The notes: a model not told the origin generated them from the letters alone. A DNA stretch of 64,000 nt from an uncultured delta proteobacterium (GCA_963834795.1 CAWIDL010000021.1:134243-198242); one strand, 5' to 3'; positions 37,354 to 46,664 are shown, counted from the stretch's first letter. A program made the numbers and translations.

Positions 37354-37518
37354 AGGTTAGGCGTTCAGGAGCGCCCGAACCGCTTTAACCGCCCTCAGCC
37401 TCCCGGCGCTGTTCCTCCTGTTCCCGTTTCGCCGCCTCTCTCTGGCTGGCGAGAAAACAATCCTTCCCTCGTATGGGGCTGCCATCGACCAGGGTGATCC
37501 TAAGTCGGATGATTAATG

Positions 37519-39012
37519 CTAAAATAGCTCCGGGCCTTTCACTATGGGCTTCCCCGCCGCTCCGGCGATGGCTTCTAACATGCCCCGATAAACCCAGTGG
37601 TGGAAGGGAACCAGGCTATACCAGTAAACTATGCCTGCCAAGCCCCGGGGTAAAAATCTCGCGGTTTGTTTAAGTTCCACCTTGCCGTCTCCTTGCGGGG
37701 TGAGGTGAAACTCCAGGACTGCCTCCCCAGGCAGTTTCATTTCGGCCAGCAATAAGAGGCGACGTGGCGGTTCCACCTCCAGGACCCGCCAGAAATCCAG
37801 GGCGTCTCCCGGCCGGAGTTCCTGGGGATGGCGCCGGCCACCTCTAAAACCGATGCCGCCCAGGAGCCGGTCTATCCAGCCCCGCAGCCGCCACAAATAG
37901 TTGCCGAAATAGTAGCCGGTCTCTCCGCCCATCCTGATGATGGGCTGCCAGACGTCTTCGGGAGTAGCTTGTATCTGGACAGAGTAGCCGCACTCCAGAA
38001 TGGTGCCGCCGGCATAAGTGGTATCGCCACAGTAGGTCCATTCCGGGGGAATGGCGCCTCCGGCATCCATCCAACAGGTGTCGATTTGCTGCTGCTTCAG
38101 CCGTTCCAGCGCCAGCCGGATGGTTTGGCGGCAATCCAAAAGCTCTTGGGGAATAATGGCCCGGATGCGATTGTCCTTGCAAACTACAGGGTTACGAAGC
38201 CCCTCGGCCAGGGGCCTGGCGATGCTCGCCGGGACCGGGGTGATCAGGTGGATCCAGTAAGAGCTCAGGGTGGGAGTCAGGACTGGCACCGGGATGATGA
38301 GTCGGCGAAGAAGATGGGCTTCTTCTGCATAAATGTCGAATAAGTGCCGGTAGGTCACCACCTCCGGGCCGCCGATGTCGAAGGTTTGCCCTCGGGTTTC
38401 TTCATGTTCCAGGCAGCCTTGCAGATAATTGAGCACATTGCGGATGGCAATGGGTTGCACCGGGTTGTGAACCCAGCGGGGGGTTAGCATGACCGGCAGG
38501 CGGTCCACCAGATAGCGCAGAATTTCAAAGGAAGCGCTTCCCGAACCCAGAATCATCGCGGCCCGAAGGAAGGTGACCGGCACCGGACCGGATTGCAGGA
38601 TTTGGGCCACTTCATGTCGGGAGCGGAGATGCTTGCTCAGGAGGGGGTCCTCCGTGCTACCTAATCCGCCCAAGTAAATGATATGTTCCAGTCCGGCCCC
38701 GGCCGCAGCGCGTACCATATTTTGGGCCGCCGTGCGGTCAGTCTCGGTAAACCCCTTGGAGTCGGCCCCCATGGAATGGACCAAATAAAAGGCCGCCCGA
38801 CAGCCTTCCATCGCTTTTCGTAAAGATTCATAATCCAGTACATCAGCCGCGGCCAACTCCGCCAGTGGATAGTTGGCCCAAGGTCGGGCTTTCAACTTGG
38901 CTATCGATCTCCCCAGAGCCCGCACCCGGTAACCCGATCCCAGAAGTTTGGGTACCAGTCGGCCCCCTACATATCCAGTTGACCCAGCAACCAGCACAGG
39001 TTTGGTCGTCAT
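37519..39012 (-). CDS. SDR-family NAD(P)-binding protein with DUF2867-type C-terminal domain
   Basis: 497 aa with VLVAGSTGYVGGRL (Rossmann). The C-terminal half matches my recollection of the DUF2867/SRPBCC-like module commonly fused to NmrA-like SDRs. Confidence 0.85.
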   Translation of the reverse strand: MTTKPVLVAGSTGYVGGRLVPKLLGSGYRVRALGRSIAKLKARPWANYPLAELAAADVLDYESLRKAMEGCRAAFYLVHSMGADSKGFTETDRTAAQNMVRAAAGAGLEHIIYLGGLGSTEDPLLSKHLRSRHEVAQILQSGPVPVTFLRAAMILGSGSASFEILRYLVDRLPVMLTPRWVHNPVQPIAIRNVLNYLQGCLEHEETRGQTFDIGGPEVVTYRHLFDIYAEEAHLLRRLIIPVPVLTPTLSSYWIHLITPVPASIARPLAEGLRNPVVCKDNRIRAIIPQELLDCRQTIRLALERLKQQQIDTCWMDAGGAIPPEWTYCGDTTYAGGTILECGYSVQIQATPEDVWQPIIRMGGETGYYFGNYLWRLRGWIDRLLGGIGFRGGRRHPQELRPGDALDFWRVLEVEPPRRLLLLAEMKLPGEAVLEFHLTPQGDGKVELKQTARFLPRGLAGIVYWYSLVPFHHWVYRGMLEAIAGAAGKPIVKGPELF

Positions 39013-39034
39013 CAGATACCCCAGTGAGACCCAT

Positions 39035-39400
39035 TCAGAGCCATATCCTGTCTAACGCGCCACCGGGATCAGCACCTCGTCGGAGCAGGAACCAGGGCAT
39101 GAAAGGTGGATTGTACCTGGCAAAGACAGGCTCATCCGTTATTTTTAGACCCCTTTGCCGAATGAGTTCCTTGAACCGACTCTCCTTTTCCTCATAGCGC
39201 TCCCTGTCAGCCAGATCTGCCCAGTAGGCTACCTGGTCTCCCATGACTTTGGACTCCACTTCGGTCATGTTCTGAGTAAAGCTTGGCCTGGGAGGATTGA
39301 GCCTGCATAAGAAATACTTCATCTCCCTATCATTGGGGCGGGAAAAATTGCGGATATGATCTGGATAGGGGAGGTTTTCAGGGTCTTGATAAGTTCCCAT
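39035..39400 (-). CDS. hypothetical protein (possibly YciI/dimeric alpha-beta-barrel-like N-terminus)
   Basis: 121 aa. KYFLCRLNPPRPSFTQNMTEVESKVMGDQVAYW resembles YciI-like proteins, but the C-terminus diverges. Confidence 0.5.
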   Translation of the reverse strand: MGTYQDPENLPYPDHIRNFSRPNDREMKYFLCRLNPPRPSFTQNMTEVESKVMGDQVAYWADLADRERYEEKESRFKELIRQRGLKITDEPVFARYNPPFMPWFLLRRGADPGGALDRIWL

Positions 39401-39499
39401 TCATAGCAGTTATCTTTATCGTCAAGTTAACTGCCCGGCCACGCATTGAGAAGCCCGGTGCAGCACTTTGTTGGGCAGTATCATTAGCCGAAAACACAA

Positions 39500-41077
39500 T
39501 TATAAAACATCGGTTAGCGCATCCAGTTTTTCAAGAAGCGGTAGCACACAACGATTCCGAAGAGCATTCATTATATCTTTTGTGATAACCTTTGTCTTCT
39601 GGATATCACCCCATTGCTCTCGAAGGTCAATACTGCCAATCGTGCTTGAAATACCGACCAATCCTTCGGCTCCTTTGTCATCAAGGATGACAGGGATTAT
39701 GTGCTCTTTACGACCTGATTGGGTCATAATGTCCTTTTCGTATTTGGTCCATACCTTGTCCCGGTAGTTTTGGTCAAGAAAGGCGAGATAGTATCGGCAT
39801 GATTCAGCATAGATGCGTCCTAACGTTTGTTCCAAATCTAAAGCAAGCAAGAAAGCCTGCTGATCGTAGTCATAAAACGTTACAACATCTTCGGACTTGA
39901 GCTCTGAGTTGACAGCCTCAACAATCTGCCTTGCCTCTCCAGCGAATGAGAATCCTACATCGTAGGAGAAAACTTTTGAGCGTTCTACGCTCTCATTTTC
40001 GATGCCTAGGTCTCGGTAAAGATCCTTCGACTCGAGGTAAGATAGGAAATACCGAAAGAGCGGATCTTCGATAGAGAAGCCACCTTCGGGATCGAAAGCA
40101 ATCTGCTTTCTGAGATCAACTTGCTTCAGGGGATCGAAAATCACTTCGGCAATGCGAGGACGTATTGCTTTGATTCCTGGCTTCCGACGATCTGGAACCA
40201 TGTTTAATATCTTATCGTAAGTTACAACTGAGTCGGGTATCCGGCATACTGCTAGCAGTACCTCGAGATAAGGTTTATTTCCGCCAGGCCGCCATTTCTT
40301 GCCCTTGGCGAAAGTCCTTGCGATGGGCATGTACCGCTGCAAAAGCTCGGTCATCAAACGCTGCCGTATTGATAGAAGATCGAATGTTAATATCTTTACA
40401 TCTTCTTGGGTCTCAAATACTTCTTGCGAAGAACAGATCTTGTTGCAGATATATTGAGCAAGCCAAAAGTTTCCCGCACTCTCACTCAGCAAGATATCAC
40501 GGTCTTCGAATATAATATTTAGAGCTTGTTCCCCTGCATCAATCAGGCGGTCGATTTCTCTGTCCTTGGCTTTTGGGAAGCGATAGTTTCCAAGCCTGGG
40601 TCCGAGGTCATAGGCATCAGAAAGTAACGATAATCCAGTTGTTGGAATCCCAATTAAAATGGTTTTCGGCGGCGACGCCTGCTCAAAAGCACGATCGCTT
40701 AAGCGCTTGAGGCTTGCTCCAATTTCTGCTCGTTTTTGGGTTGTAATGAGATGAAAATCATCAACAACAATTATTGGAGGGGCTGGCCGGGTGCTACAAC
40801 TGGTGGTTTCAAAAAAAAGGTTAATCTGGTTCTCAGCATCGTCATCGCGGCAACTAATGTAATTGTAGTCAAGGTCTTTTTGCCAACCCAGTTCTTCAAA
40901 GACTTTGTAGACTATGCAAGTCTTGCCTATTCCAGAGGGACCTTCGATCAGGAGATGTTTGCCCGGCTGCTCAATGTCGGCGCGTACCTCTCCGTAATAG
41001 GAGGGCTTGACGTAGGTATAAGGCGGTAAACCCACGGTTTTAAATACCTCTGTCAGCTGTCTCTTTTCCAACATCAT
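39500..41077 (-). CDS. P-loop ATPase fused to C-terminal TIR domain
   Basis: Walker A LIEGPSGIGKTCIV and Walker B PIIVVDDFH. C-terminal TIR: YDVGFSFAGEAR...VTFYDYD...YYLAFLDQNYRDKVWTKYE...IIPVILDD. The ATG at 41077 is preceded by GGGAGA; the track's GTG alternative is at 41092. Confidence 0.8.
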   Translation of the reverse strand: MMLEKRQLTEVFKTVGLPPYTYVKPSYYGEVRADIEQPGKHLLIEGPSGIGKTCIVYKVFEELGWQKDLDYNYISCRDDDAENQINLFFETTSCSTRPAPPIIVVDDFHLITTQKRAEIGASLKRLSDRAFEQASPPKTILIGIPTTGLSLLSDAYDLGPRLGNYRFPKAKDREIDRLIDAGEQALNIIFEDRDILLSESAGNFWLAQYICNKICSSQEVFETQEDVKILTFDLLSIRQRLMTELLQRYMPIARTFAKGKKWRPGGNKPYLEVLLAVCRIPDSVVTYDKILNMVPDRRKPGIKAIRPRIAEVIFDPLKQVDLRKQIAFDPEGGFSIEDPLFRYFLSYLESKDLYRDLGIENESVERSKVFSYDVGFSFAGEARQIVEAVNSELKSEDVVTFYDYDQQAFLLALDLEQTLGRIYAESCRYYLAFLDQNYRDKVWTKYEKDIMTQSGRKEHIIPVILDDKGAEGLVGISSTIGSIDLREQWGDIQKTKVITKDIMNALRNRCVLPLLEKLDALTDVL

Positions 41078-41351
41078 ATTTCTCCCAAACACGCCACCCA
41101 GCGCGAACCGTTCTTCCCGAGGTTAACCCCGAGAAGATTCCTCTTTTTGTGGCCAAATTGTCTTGTGGAGGGCATGATAGCACAAATTTTGAATGGCAAG
41201 GTATCTTTTTTGAGAATTGGCCTTACCAACCTCTTCCATAATTAGCGATCACTTGCCATGATCGGCTCTCATCGTAGGAGCGGTGAAAATACGAGATATG
41301 ATCTAAATTTCTATAACTACCATTTCAAAACGGTTCGAGGCATCGCCAAAC

Positions 41352-42524
41352 CTATTTGGCTTCAATAAGTTCCTCTCGCTCTAGCACACGACGAACTTCT
41401 TCGAAAACTGCTTTTATGTCTCCCTTGGGGAAGCGAATCTGCCCCAGGCCCTCGATATTGCTGAACTCCTCGCAACCTTCCTCCAGTAGTATGATAGCTC
41501 TTGAAAATCCAAGACGTCCTTGAAACAGGCCTGCCTCGTGAACAACATTCATTCGCGCATGATGCTTCCCGTCAGCTTGCTCATCCTCCCCAGTCATGAT
41601 CAAAAAAGCAATAGCCGCGGCATCAAGCATCTCAGAAAGACGTGCAATATTCGTTAGCCCAGCGACAGGCACTCGATTGAACTCGTCCCAGGGCAAGCGC
41701 AATCGGTCCTGGACGAAGTCTTTCAGCTCCCGCCAGATCGGGGAACGTCCGTGTCCGATAAAGACGTTCGTGCCTATCTCCCGTGAACGTTTGGATCGTC
41801 TCTGTTGCCGAGCGAGGTGCGAACCGGCCTTCTGTGCGAGCTGAGCCAAGCGACTGCAGGCGGCTGGTGCTTGCCTGAGGGTGGTGACCTCAGAGAGGAC
41901 TAAAAGGTGGGGCGGCACCTGAAGACCTTGTGTTACAGCCATGGAGTCTCTCGACATCAACGGTCTAGAAGGCAATAACTGATGAAGCACTTGATCTTTT
42001 GACTGGATAGCTGCCTGTTCTACCTGCTCCCTGAGAGACGTGATGAAGGGGTCCTCTCGTTCAGCCAGAGCCGTAGTCAAAATGGATAGTATATCCGGCT
42101 TGCTACTCTGGAACGAGCTTTCTGCACTGGACGCCAGGTGTCGGGCCGGTCCCAGGTCCGGGTTCCCTGCGATTTCGTATATCGTCCTCTCGATATCGTC
42201 GGGATCGTACTCGACCCACTCACCCTCTGTTGCTACGACTGGCCATACGCCCTTCATCCCCCATTCTGGGCTGAAATGGGCCTGCGGCGGGGGCGGCTTG
42301 AGATCCTTGTAGTAGATTCGGGCATGATATCCGAGGCAGGAGCCACTCCAGGCCTTCCTAACGCTAGCAGCTGCCTCCTCCAGACGCTCCAACGGTTCTT
42401 TTACTTCGGGAGCGGTGGCCTTCTGCGACAGGTCCCCGAGCCTCTCGGCAATCTCAAACAGTTCTTCGCTATGGTCACTTGTTGCCATCACGGTAGCCGT
42501 CTCCCTTCCGTCCTCTGATGTCAT
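41352..42524 (-). CDS. protein with unknown N-terminal domain and C-terminal TIR-like domain of the Cap12/Pycsar-effector type
   Basis: 390 aa. The last ~135 aa (NVFIGHGRSPIWRELKDFV...AIAFLIMTGEDEQ...HARMNVVHEAGLFQGRLGFSRAIILLEEG...SNIEGL) follow the pattern of the 'predicted nucleotide-binding TIR-like' family. Confidence 0.75.
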   Translation of the reverse strand: MTSEDGRETATVMATSDHSEELFEIAERLGDLSQKATAPEVKEPLERLEEAAASVRKAWSGSCLGYHARIYYKDLKPPPPQAHFSPEWGMKGVWPVVATEGEWVEYDPDDIERTIYEIAGNPDLGPARHLASSAESSFQSSKPDILSILTTALAEREDPFITSLREQVEQAAIQSKDQVLHQLLPSRPLMSRDSMAVTQGLQVPPHLLVLSEVTTLRQAPAACSRLAQLAQKAGSHLARQQRRSKRSREIGTNVFIGHGRSPIWRELKDFVQDRLRLPWDEFNRVPVAGLTNIARLSEMLDAAAIAFLIMTGEDEQADGKHHARMNVVHEAGLFQGRLGFSRAIILLEEGCEEFSNIEGLGQIRFPKGDIKAVFEEVRRVLEREELIEAK

Positions 42525-42536
42525 GGATATTAAGAA

Positions 42537-43112
42537 TCACATGATACATAGCCCCTTGATGGGTTCATATTCGCCTTTTTTAATAGTCATAAAATTCTTT
42601 GCTATTGGATAACAACCCGCAATGCAATTAGTTAACTTTGACATATTGGACAGAGACAAACGAGCTTGCAGAACAAGGTTTTCAAAGGTATCAATGTCGT
42701 ATTTTAACTGTTTAGTAGCTGATCCAGTTTTCTTTTTATGCAGCTTTTGACCAAGAGCAATTGCTTGTTTCCTTCCTTCCAGTTCTTGCTCAATTAAAAA
42801 CCATTTTACATGTAGCAGGTTATTTCTATCTGGAATCAATTTTTGAAAAGTCGAAAATACATAATCGATTATTTTAGCGGTTTCGGCATCTGGTTTCAGG
42901 TGCTCATAACATAAGCTATGAAACAAAGCCCTTAGAGGTTCAGCTGTCAAGTCAGCTAACAAGATTTCTTGAACTCGGTCACTCTTGAGCCCTTCCATTG
43001 TAAGGATGGACCTAATCCCACTCTCCATCGTTTGGCAAACTTGCTCAAACTCAACGACAAATTTTCCAATGTTTCCATAAATGGAAGATATATTTTTTTC
43101 TTTCTCAGCCAT
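42537..43112 (-). CDS. HEPN-like protein (Rx4H motif)
   Basis: 191 aa, AT-rich, predicted helical, with an R-x4-H motif in LIPDRNNLLHVKW. It ends 12 nt before the next gene. Confidence 0.5.
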   Translation of the reverse strand: MAEKEKNISSIYGNIGKFVVEFEQVCQTMESGIRSILTMEGLKSDRVQEILLADLTAEPLRALFHSLCYEHLKPDAETAKIIDYVFSTFQKLIPDRNNLLHVKWFLIEQELEGRKQAIALGQKLHKKKTGSATKQLKYDIDTFENLVLQARLSLSNMSKLTNCIAGCYPIAKNFMTIKKGEYEPIKGLCIM

Positions 43113-43274
43113 GGCTATTCAGACCAGCGCACATAAGTAATCCGGGGTATAATAGGAAGGTCTATGCGTACTAGCTTGCCAAAAAAGAAATTATCCTCAA
43201 TCTCCAAAAAATTTCAGATATGGTTCGGATATGTTGAATTTCGGGAACTACCGCGCCTTTATCCATCCATGTAT

Positions 43275-43913
43275 TTAGACAAATCTCATCCCCAGGGATA
43301 GGGCCTTCTCACAATCCTTAGGAAAGACCTCCTGGCGCCTCCTGGTCTTCTTCTCTGGATCAAAGCGGTCCGCCACCACTTTGCTATAATCCTTAAACTG
43401 ATAAGTATCAAAACTGCAGAGTGACTCCGAAGCCCCGAACACCATCTGCAACAGCCTTTGATTATTATCAAAGAACTGCTGATAACCCCATTCTTTCATC
43501 TGCTCTTCTGTGACATTCATCGTATAAATAAATCCCGTAGGAATTTTTTTGGGGAAAAGCGACTGCGGCGGGTCCGTATAGGTAAAATAGGGAAACAGCA
43601 AACGCTCCATAAACGAGCGCATCTCTCCCGACACATTGCCGAAATAGATGGGGGAGCCCAAAATTAAGGCATCGACCGCCTCAATTTTTTTAAAGATCGG
43701 GCGCAGATCATCCTTGACGGCACACCTGCCATAACTTTTGCCGCCTCTGATCTTACAAGCAAAGCAGCTCGTGCATCCGGTAAATTTCAGATCATATAAA
43801 TGGATGAGTTCGGTTTCAGCCCCCTTAGAGGCGGCTCCTTTAAGGGCTTTCCCTATCAGGGTAGCCGTATTCCATCTCTTTCTTGGGCTGCCGTTAACTG
43901 CCATGACCTTCAT
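43275..43913 (-). CDS. flavodoxin-like fold FMN reductase / iron-sulfur flavoprotein family
   Basis: Start set at MKVMAVNGSPRK (GGAGGGA upstream). Motifs CTSCFACK and LILGSPIYFGNVSGEM. The 322-aa track ORF is over-extended. Confidence 0.8.
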   Translation of the reverse strand: MKVMAVNGSPRKRWNTATLIGKALKGAASKGAETELIHLYDLKFTGCTSCFACKIRGGKSYGRCAVKDDLRPIFKKIEAVDALILGSPIYFGNVSGEMRSFMERLLFPYFTYTDPPQSLFPKKIPTGFIYTMNVTEEQMKEWGYQQFFDNNQRLLQMVFGASESLCSFDTYQFKDYSKVVADRFDPEKKTRRRQEVFPKDCEKALSLGMRFV

Positions 43914-44128
43914 AACGCATCCCTCCATCTTTCCTATGTTGCTCCCCTTGAAGCTGAAAAATAAAACTAAATGAATATAATTCCGGTTAATTTTTGGGGG
44001 GACATGGTTTAAACCAAGATGGGCATTTATCAACCATGGCCTTGCCCTCAGCCAGATTGGCATGGCGGCGCTCTCGTATGTCGACCCGCCATCCGTCAGC
44101 GCAAGGCCGGGGTATGGGCCGAGAAAAA

Positions 44129-44773
44129 TCAGTAGCCCAGATCTTCGCCCACCAGCTTTACATGGATACGGTTTTCCAGCATGTGCCCTTCGATGATGGA
44201 CCACATATAGCAAATCCGCTCGGGGCTCTTGCAGTCCGAGCATAGGCCCGTTTCGACACAGGGGGTGGCTCGGCTAAGGCGGATGGCGTTGATGGGGGCG
44301 GCGTGGTGTTTCACCCGGGCCATGGCGGTTTCCAGGTCCGGGGCCACCTTGTTGAGACCCACCGCCAGGATGACCTTTTTGGGTCCGAAACACATGGCCG
44401 CCACCCGGTTGCCCATCCCGTCCAGGTTCACAAGTTTGCCGTCCAGGGTCAAGGCGTTGGTACTGGTGAGAAAAAAGTCGGCCAAGAGCGACTGGCGGCG
44501 CCGCTCTTGCGCTACCTCCGGGGCCAAACCCGGGAGGAAAGGGTCAATCACCTCCACCCCGGGTTTGTGGGCCAGGGCCTCCCAAAGGCCCATCTCCACC
44601 ACCGACATGGAACCGCCCCGGCTGACGGTGGCCCCGGCGGGAATCATGGCCAGGATTTCGTCCCGAGCCTGGGCCGCGGTAGGGGCGTAGCTAGCCTCCA
44701 GCCGCCGCCTGGTGAGTTGTTTGATCAGGTGTTCCGCCAGCTTTTCCCTGTAGGTGATCTGATGTCTGTCCAT
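44129..44773 (-). CDS. LUD-domain (lactate-utilisation-like, DUF162) protein
   Basis: 214 aa with FLTSTNALTLDGKLVNLDGMGNRVAAMCFGPKKVILAVGLNKV and a C-terminal Cys motif CSDCKSPERIC. Confidence 0.85.
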   Translation of the reverse strand: MDRHQITYREKLAEHLIKQLTRRRLEASYAPTAAQARDEILAMIPAGATVSRGGSMSVVEMGLWEALAHKPGVEVIDPFLPGLAPEVAQERRRQSLLADFFLTSTNALTLDGKLVNLDGMGNRVAAMCFGPKKVILAVGLNKVAPDLETAMARVKHHAAPINAIRLSRATPCVETGLCSDCKSPERICYMWSIIEGHMLENRIHVKLVGEDLGY

Positions 44774-45275
44774 GAGTTCTCATTTCTGGGAGATTTTTCT
44801 GTAACCTGCTACCAGCAGTTATACCAGGTTTTAAGTTAGGATAGGGTTCAAGTCAAGCCAGAGATGGTTTGACAAAGGTAAAGCGAAAATCTGGGACACG
44901 AAAGTTTCTAGAACTTGCCAATATCCGCTCTCCTGAGATCTTTGTATATAATTCGAATATGGAAATCTCTTAAAATGAAAAGCCCTGGGTTGAAATCCCC
45001 AGGGCTGCAAATGAGCTTTTACTTGATCCAAACTCTCAAATTTGAAATCAAACCGGCAAGAATACATGGCGAAATTTTCGCCAGTTTTGACTCAGATGTC
45101 GAAAGGCCTTCTGTCCAAGCCCTTGAAATTATTAGGCATGTAGATGCCAGTTTTTACAGGAAAAAGTCCCGTTGGGACTACCATGTGGCCAAGCCTGCCG
45201 CATAATCTCGGATTAAACGAGTTCATTGCACCAGGCAATGGCCTCCTCGTTGGAGAATCACTTCACATACGTCGT

Positions 45276-46151
45276 TCAGTCAATACCGGACTGTTCCCTT
45301 ATGCTGCGGGCCACAGCCGAGACGTCCTCGTCACCGTAACCTCTGGCGACAATACCGGTCTCGATTTGGTCCATCAGGGCTGCCACCGGCATGGTCACAC
45401 CGAGCTTTTTCGCTGTCTCCAGTGCGATCCCCAGGTCCTTATGGTGAAGCCTGACCCGAAAACCCAAGGGGTAGTTGTTGTTAATCATGTTTTTGGAGCG
45501 GTAAGTAAGCACCCAGGAGCCTGCCGCGCCCTCACCAATAGCCGCGACCACCTTGTCCATGTCCAAACCTGCCTTGAGACCCAGGACCATACCTTCGGCA
45601 ACGCTGAGATACACCCCGGCGATAATGGTTTGGTTGATTGCCTTGGTGAGTTGGCCTGCTCCGATGGGTCCCACATGTGTGATCTTGGTACCGATGGCTG
45701 TCAGCACGGGCATAACCCTTTCCACATCTTCGGGATCACCGCCCACCATGATGGCAAGGGTACCTTGTTTGGCGCCCTCGGAGCCGCCGGATACAGGAGC
45801 GTCGATCATCTTTATGCCCTTTGCTCTCAAAACCTGCTCAATCTTACGAGTGGCATCCGGGCTGATGGTGGACATATCCACCACCACCGAGCCCGGTCGG
45901 GCCCCATGAATGATGCCGTTGTTTCCCAGAACGACTTCCTCCACATCCGGAGTATCACTGAGGGAGGTTATGATCACTTCCGCCTCGAGCGCGGCTTCTC
46001 GCGGCGAGGCGGCACGTTTGGCGCCGTGAGCGGCCAACAGTTCTTCCTTGTGGCGCGTGCGGTTATGAACAATCAGATCGTGGCCGGCCTTCATGACGTT
46101 CAAGGCCATCGGCCCTCCCATGGTGCCCAGTCCGATAAATGCAACTTTCAA
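45276..46151 (-). CDS. NAD(P)-dependent beta-hydroxyacid dehydrogenase (3-hydroxyisobutyrate / tartronate semialdehyde reductase family)
   Basis: 291 aa with MKVAFIGLGTMGGPMALN, DAPVSGG and LHHKDLGIA. Confidence 0.9.
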   Translation of the reverse strand: MKVAFIGLGTMGGPMALNVMKAGHDLIVHNRTRHKEELLAAHGAKRAASPREAALEAEVIITSLSDTPDVEEVVLGNNGIIHGARPGSVVVDMSTISPDATRKIEQVLRAKGIKMIDAPVSGGSEGAKQGTLAIMVGGDPEDVERVMPVLTAIGTKITHVGPIGAGQLTKAINQTIIAGVYLSVAEGMVLGLKAGLDMDKVVAAIGEGAAGSWVLTYRSKNMINNNYPLGFRVRLHHKDLGIALETAKKLGVTMPVAALMDQIETGIVARGYGDEDVSAVARSIREQSGID

Positions 46152-46664
46152 CGGATTATCCTTTCGATATCAGCCGGAATTATGCGACGGTTTCGCCATT
46201 TCGGGGGTTTTTGGACCGGTGACCGGTCGCGGGCTGGTTCCTCTGGCCCCGAAAAGGCCCCCGTATGGTCCCCCACAAGGCCCGAGAGGGACAAAACCGC
46301 CGTCACGTTGCTGAAAAACCTGTATTTTCCTGTTTCTGAGCATACCTGACCGCACGCCCCGGGGCAACTGAAATCTTTGCTGCTAATCCTGGTCTGAAGA
46401 TAGGTTAATAGTGTCGAAGGAGAAGTCTCTCTGCAACTGTTGCAGACTAAAAACATTTTTTGAGCGCCATGGTCAAGAAACTGAAATTTTATTGTGAATT
46501 ATAGGAAAGTATAATTAGGCGCCCCTGAATTATTTCCCACCCCGCCTTATTTCTCCAAACATAAAAATAACCAATCATTAAATATAACCTAACAAAACTC
46601 GGCTATTATTTAACAATTATTTTTAAAGGAGAGCCTGCTTAACGCGGACGATGATGTAGAATGA

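Noticed and set aside
43222-43252. Possible attR (degenerate copy of the tRNA-Glu 3' end).
   Set aside because: Only GGTTCG and GGGA(A)CTACC match. That is too weak to annotate as a feature, so it is kept only as a hypothesis within the island finding.
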